Shown here in pieces: positions 8,265-11,863 of a stretch of 11,863 nt of DNA; position 1 is the first letter of the stretch, and each line of letters starts with the position of its first letter. This DNA comes from a bacterium. GTDB taxonomy: Bacteria > Zhuqueibacterota > Zhuqueibacteria > Oceanimicrobiales > Oceanimicrobiaceae. The stretch is from the NCBI GenBank assembly GCA_046757165.1, contig JBHHXT010000152.1, positions 1 through 11,863 of the forward strand, read 5' to 3'. Under the pieces are notes generated by a model. The model searched no databases, had not been told where the DNA came from, and was given only the letters and a program-made list of their open reading frames with translations. A program made the position numbers and the translations under genes.

Positions 8265-8594
8265 TTACGGCCCATCCTCACGAATCTGCCCTTTGACCTT
8301 CTTGACAGTCGACCAACCACCGAACACGACCAACACAGCCACAAATCCGTAAACCCAAACGGGAACATTGCGTCCAACGACGATCAGATAGAGATAAGCA
8401 GAAATGAAAAAGAATCCGGCCAAAAAGGTGGGCAACAAAATCGACTTACCGCTGCGGAAGTTCCGGATTATCCAGGCAACCGAGGCCGTGAAAAACGGAA
8501 TGGCGCCAACATAGATCCCCCCAAAGACAATGGGGTTGACATTGTACTTGTGCCCTAAACTAAGAAACCAGTCAACGAGTGTTTGCCAATTCAT
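8265..8594 (-). CDS. Small integral membrane protein (about 3 TM), function unknown
   Basis: 109 aa with hydrophobic segments (VNPIVFGGIYVGAIPFF..., LLPTFLAGFFFISAYLYLIVVG, VPVWVYGFVAVLVVFGGW) and a basic C-tail. Same strand as, and 84 nt downstream of, the selenoprotein. Confidence 0.75.
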   Translation of the reverse strand: MNWQTLVDWFLSLGHKYNVNPIVFGGIYVGAIPFFTASVAWIIRNFRSGKSILLPTFLAGFFFISAYLYLIVVGRNVPVWVYGFVAVLVVFGGWSTVKKVKGQIREDGP

Positions 8595-8678
8595 AACCAC
8601 ATGGATGTCTAGACACAGGCTCGGCAAGAGCTCAGTTTTACCAGGAAATTGCTTGTTTTGTTTTCGTTCTTTGCCCCC

Positions 8679-9707
8679 CTACTGCGCGATACGCAGCGGA
8701 AACTCAAAGCTGGCCTCCTCCGGAAACCTACAACCTTTATCGTCACACGCCTGAAAAGATATCGCTGCTTTCACGACATGCTGGCCAAACTCAGGCTTGT
8801 TGTGGATGCGCAAAGCTGTCTCGAGATGGATGTCCTTGGGCAGGAGGTTGAACGTCTCGCCCAGGGATGCCATTTCGAAACGCCGGGTCTGCGGAAAGTG
8901 AACCGCGTCCACAGCAAAGTTTGGATTCTCTTCGAATGTGACCGTGAGTGGGCGGTAGCCTTTGGGAATTGGCGTCCCGTAGAGATGAAACCCGGCAGCC
9001 ATCTCGATGTCCACGAGCACGGCCAGGACTTGCGATCGGTAGGCCGCGGTGTCAGAAATACCGAACGTGCCCGTCAGATAGTCGTATTGAAACGCCCGCA
9101 CGTTGCTATCTAACTGCTTGCCCAGGCGTGCGACCAGCACACTCTCAGCCGTCGGCCGCTCGGCGTAGGATGTCTCGAACTGTTTATCGACGACACGCAA
9201 ATCCTTGTCGACAATGTAGATGCCGGGATTGGGAATCCCGAAGGCCTTTGAGCTGGAATCGATTTGCGTGTTGAGAATGCCATAAGCACGGATGACGTGG
9301 CTGCCGGCGTCTGACAAGAGCGGATAAGTGATGTTCCGCTCATTGCCAAATGACTTCAACGTGCTGACCGGGTCATAGCTGATCGAAATGACGTTGAGGC
9401 CTTTGGACTGAAAGTCATCTACTTTTGCCTGGAACTCGACGAGCTCCCTCTTGCAGTACGGTCACCAATTGGCGCTGCGAAAAAAAATCAGAATGGCGCC
9501 TTTGGGGCCAATGCGCGCTTGCAGGCTCTTCGTAACCCCCTGTTGGTCTGGTAGCGTGAAATCCGGCACCGTTTCACCGATATCCGGCCCGGTGGAAAAT
9601 CCCAGGTCGTCATCCATTGTAGACCTCCCTTGTTTGCTGCCTTTGTCTGAACAGGACTCAAATGCTGCACCAATCATCAGGGCAAACAGCACGAGCGATA
9701 AGCTCAT
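8679..9707 (-). CDS. Putative selenoprotein: exported AhpC/TSA-like redoxin (UxxC) fused to DsbD N-terminal-like domain; in-frame TGA at 9464-9462
   Basis: ORF 9462..9722 and ORF 8679..9359 share a frame and the gap has no other stop: ...PDFTLPDQQG...LIFFRSANW-TGA-PYCKRELVEFQAKVDDFQSKGLNVISISYDPVSTLKSF...YPLLSD...P.IYIVDKD. The C-terminal domain has GFHLYG and FQACDDKGCRFP. GGAGG precedes ATG 9707. Total 342 aa. Confidence 0.88.
9420..9458 (-). promoter_or_regulatory. Putative bacterial SECIS element
   Basis: mRNA after UGA: 14 nt, then GGAGCUC-GUC-GAGUUCC (9447-9431; 7-bp stem, loop starting with G 22 nt after UGA). Possible lower pairings UGC/GCA and UACU/AGUA. Confidence 0.65.
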
Positions 9708-9810
9708 ATTCCCTCCGAACATTTTTTCGAAACTTACTATTTTCGCACTACACTAACAAGGAAAAACCAGGGATTTGCCCCACCCCCTTTTTGTGATTCA
9801 GCAAGCGGGG

Positions 9811-9838
9811 TTGACAATCTCGTCATTAAGAGTATATT
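9811..9838 (+). promoter_or_regulatory. Putative sigma70 promoter for the lipoprotein gene
   Basis: TTGACA (9811-9816), 16 nt, TATATT (9833-9838). GAGGA RBS at 9862-9866. Confidence 0.6.
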
Positions 9839-9875
9839 CCAGTACAACAATCATCAACCACGAGGAACATTCGTT

Positions 9876-10448
9876 ATGAACAAATATTTGGTGTTTCTTA
9901 TTGCGCTATTTTTTGCCTGCGGTCAGCAACCCTCACAAGAGGCACAGCAGCCCGACACTTCTACCCTTGAGGAGAGCAAGACTCCGGGCGAGTTGACATG
10001 GCAGGCGCCCGCCGGGTGGATTGAAGAATCTCCAACGTCCACCATGCGCAAAGCACAGTATCGCCTGCCAAAAGCGGAAGCAGATTCTGAAGACGGCTCG
10101 GTGATCATTTTCTATTTCCAGGGTCAGGGCGGGAGTGTGCAGGCGAATTTGGAGCGCTGGTACTCCCAGTTTGCGCAGCCGGATGGCAGGCCCACCAGGG
10201 AGACCGCTGACGCCAAGACCACTGAGGTCAACAACCTGACGCAGACCGTGGTTGATATTCATGGCACGTATCTGTTCAGGCCGCGACCGATGGCGCCTAC
10301 TGCGACGGAAAAACCGAACACCCGCATGTTGGCCGTGGTCATCGAAACGGATTCCGGCCCGTGGTTCGTGAAATTCGTTGGACCGGAAAAAACCGTGGCT
10401 AAGTGGGAAGATAGTTTTCGAGACTTTCTTGCTTCGTTCAGACAGTAG
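9876..10448 (+). CDS. Hypothetical lipoprotein
   Basis: Lipoprotein-type signal MNKYLVFLIALFFAC, Q/P/S/T-rich linker, then a globular domain (WQAPAGW...MRKAQY...GGSVQANLERWYSQF...WFVKFVGP). Promoter and RBS are present. Confidence 0.85.
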   Translation: MNKYLVFLIALFFACGQQPSQEAQQPDTSTLEESKTPGELTWQAPAGWIEESPTSTMRKAQYRLPKAEADSEDGSVIIFYFQGQGGSVQANLERWYSQFAQPDGRPTRETADAKTTEVNNLTQTVVDIHGTYLFRPRPMAPTATEKPNTRMLAVVIETDSGPWFVKFVGPEKTVAKWEDSFRDFLASFRQ

Positions 10449-10493
10449 GTGTGTTCTTATCCTTGACGGGTGCACAAGAATGTCCTGCCGACA

Positions 10494-11433
10494 TCAATCG
10501 ACTTCGTCGGCATACTCGGCCCCATAGTATTTGCTGGTAATTCGCGTATGGAACTTGACCGCCGAAATCGGTTCGTACTTTGGCGTGCCGAGTCCGGGCA
10601 GAACTTCGAGAATTTCCTCTTCCCAGACATAAACAGCCATCGGGATCGTGATGCGCGGTTTGCCGTACAGGGTTCGGTTCACCGGCTTGCTGACACGATG
10701 TGTGGTTGACGGCAAGCGGTCGTTGGTGATGCGCTGCATATAGTCGCCGGTGTTGAGAATGATGCTGCCATCCGGCGGATCGAGGCGAATCCACTTCATG
10801 TTTTGCCGGTTGAGCGCTTGCAGTCCGTCCACAGATTGTGACGGTAGGATGGTGAACAAATCGACGTCTTCATGACCCAGCATCCGGCCAGCACCAGAGG
10901 CGGCATCCTCGGCACTGATGGGCGGATAGTAGTTCAACCGGAAGCCAAAGTTCGTGCCGGTGAGTCTTTGGTCGTAGAGGTGTGGGTCACCGCCCAGGTA
11001 GCGCAGGATGCTCTGAATGATGGGCAGAATGAGCGTTTCATGTGCTTGCACGATTTGGCGGAAGAAGGGCTCATCGCCCTTGCGCGGCCAGAAGCCGAGC
11101 TCGTCAAAGTCGGCCTTATCGTCCAGATCAAAGGCGCGACGGCAGAAACAGTTCGCGGATTCTTTTCTCCGCTTGACTGTAGAGTGCGGTATCGATGCCG
11201 TGGCCGACCAGAATGACGAATCCGATCCCTTCCATAGCTTCGCCGAGCTCCTGCGCGAATTTTGTTTTACCGGCATCGCCGCCATGGAAGAACTGGCTCA
11301 GATCACAGGTCTTGATTTCGGTTTCCGTATCGAATTGTTCCTCGCCACCGCCCTCGGAAAGGTGGTAAGTCCGATCCTTGTTGACCTGGTCGTACTGCCG
11401 GAAGTCCTGGTTGACGGCGGTGATGCTTTGCAT
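10494..11433 (-). pseudogene. IPNS-family 2OG-Fe(II) oxygenase, broken by a frameshift and probable internal deletion near 11144-11150
   Basis: The N-terminal DIOX_N part (MQSITAVN...CDLSQF...ELGEAMEGIGFVILVGHGID...IRELF) is in one frame and stops at 11128. The catalytic part (FCRRAF...RLNYYPP...GHEDVDLFTIL...NTGDYMQRITND...STTHRV...PRITIP) is in another frame. Confidence 0.85.
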
Positions 11434-11612
11434 AATTGGGCGTCCTATGGTTAGCTGAGATCTGTCGTTGATTGAGATGTGTCGGTTTGGACGTAGACAG
11501 GGGGGAGGGAATCCACATCCTGTACAAAGAGTAACAAGAAGAAACGACAAAATGTTTCCCACAGGCCGAAGGAGACTTTTTTCCGACTTTTTACCCCGCA
11601 GGAGAACCAGAT

Positions 11613-11637
11613 CCAACACCGTCTCTGACGGTGTTGG
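11613..11637. repeat. Perfect 11-bp palindrome
   Basis: CCAACACCGTC-tct-GACGGTGTTGG. Confidence 0.6.
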
Positions 11638-11683
11638 GGGGGATCGGAATTGGGGAGCACCGGCAGGGCTTTGGGTGGTTTCA

Positions 11684-11720
11684 AATCCCCCCTGTCCCCC
11701 CTTTTTGAAAGGGGGGGACT
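11684..11720. repeat. C/G-run REP-like hairpin
   Basis: ATCCCCCCTGTCCCCCCTTTTTGAAAGGGGGGGACT; stem GTCCCCCCTTT/AAAGGGGGGGAC. Resembles a common intergenic repeat that translates as PPxxKGGxGG. Confidence 0.6.
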
Positions 11721-11763
11721 CTTGTCGCGGATTTTGGTTTGCGAGTCAGAGCGTCGAGAAGTC

Positions 11764-11818
11764 GGGGCTGTCCAAAAAGGTTCCTCGTGCCTGCCATTTC
11801 GAGCGAAGCGAGAAATCT
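11764..11818. repeat. Possible MITE left end plus REP half-site
   Basis: GGGGCTGTCCAAAAAG resembles IS/MITE terminal repeats. TGCCATTTCGAGCGAAGCGAGAAATCT (11792-11818) resembles the left arm of a common GTCATT(T/C)CGAGCGAAGCGAG-type repeat. The partner arm is not in the window. Confidence 0.4.
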
Positions 11819-11863
11819 GTTCGTGCAGGAACTTCGATGTAAGTAGTTGTTTTCGTGAGTCAT

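Noticed and set aside
8265..8594. Membrane protein as the mCpol effector
   Set aside because: It is convergent rather than co-transcribed, follows the selenoprotein on the same strand, and has no soluble ligand-binding domain.
9462..9722. 86-aa and 226-aa ORFs as two separate genes or as a nonsense pseudogene
   Set aside because: The TGA sits precisely at the catalytic Cys position, the frame continues and a SECIS-like hairpin follows; a single recoded gene explains this better.
11128..11160. Programmed ribosomal frameshift in the oxygenase
   Set aside because: No canonical slippery heptamer, and a conserved segment appears to be missing, which a frameshift would not restore.

Overview
Bacterial accessory-type window; GC looks like roughly 50-60%, with a visibly AT-richer patch at about 7520-8190. 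Most genes lie on the minus strand. In order: a 5'-truncated AAA+/DUF4143 ATPase remnant, a dimerisation-type SAM O-methyltransferase, an AlgI/DltB-like MBOAT O-acyltransferase with an overlapping SGNH-like partner, a SnoaL/NTF2 protein, an aldo-keto reductase, a secreted cupin+DUF4440 fusion, a stand-alone GGDD minimal CRISPR-polymerase (mCpol)-like gene (+), a small membrane protein, a selenoprotein, a lipoprotein (+) and a broken IPNS-family 2OG-Fe(II) oxygenase. Two signals stand out. (1) The ORF track splits one gene at an in-frame TGA: 9707->8679 reads as an exported AhpC/TSA-like redoxin with a W-U-P-Y-C (UxxC) motif and a SECIS-like hairpin right after the UGA, fused to a DsbD N-terminal-like domain. 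(2) The mCpol-like nucleotide-signal synthase has no intact effector beside it, only a possible 3' stub of an upstream partner gene. Several REP/MITE-like palindromes and apparent deletion scars are also present. All family calls come from motif recognition by eye; no searches were run.
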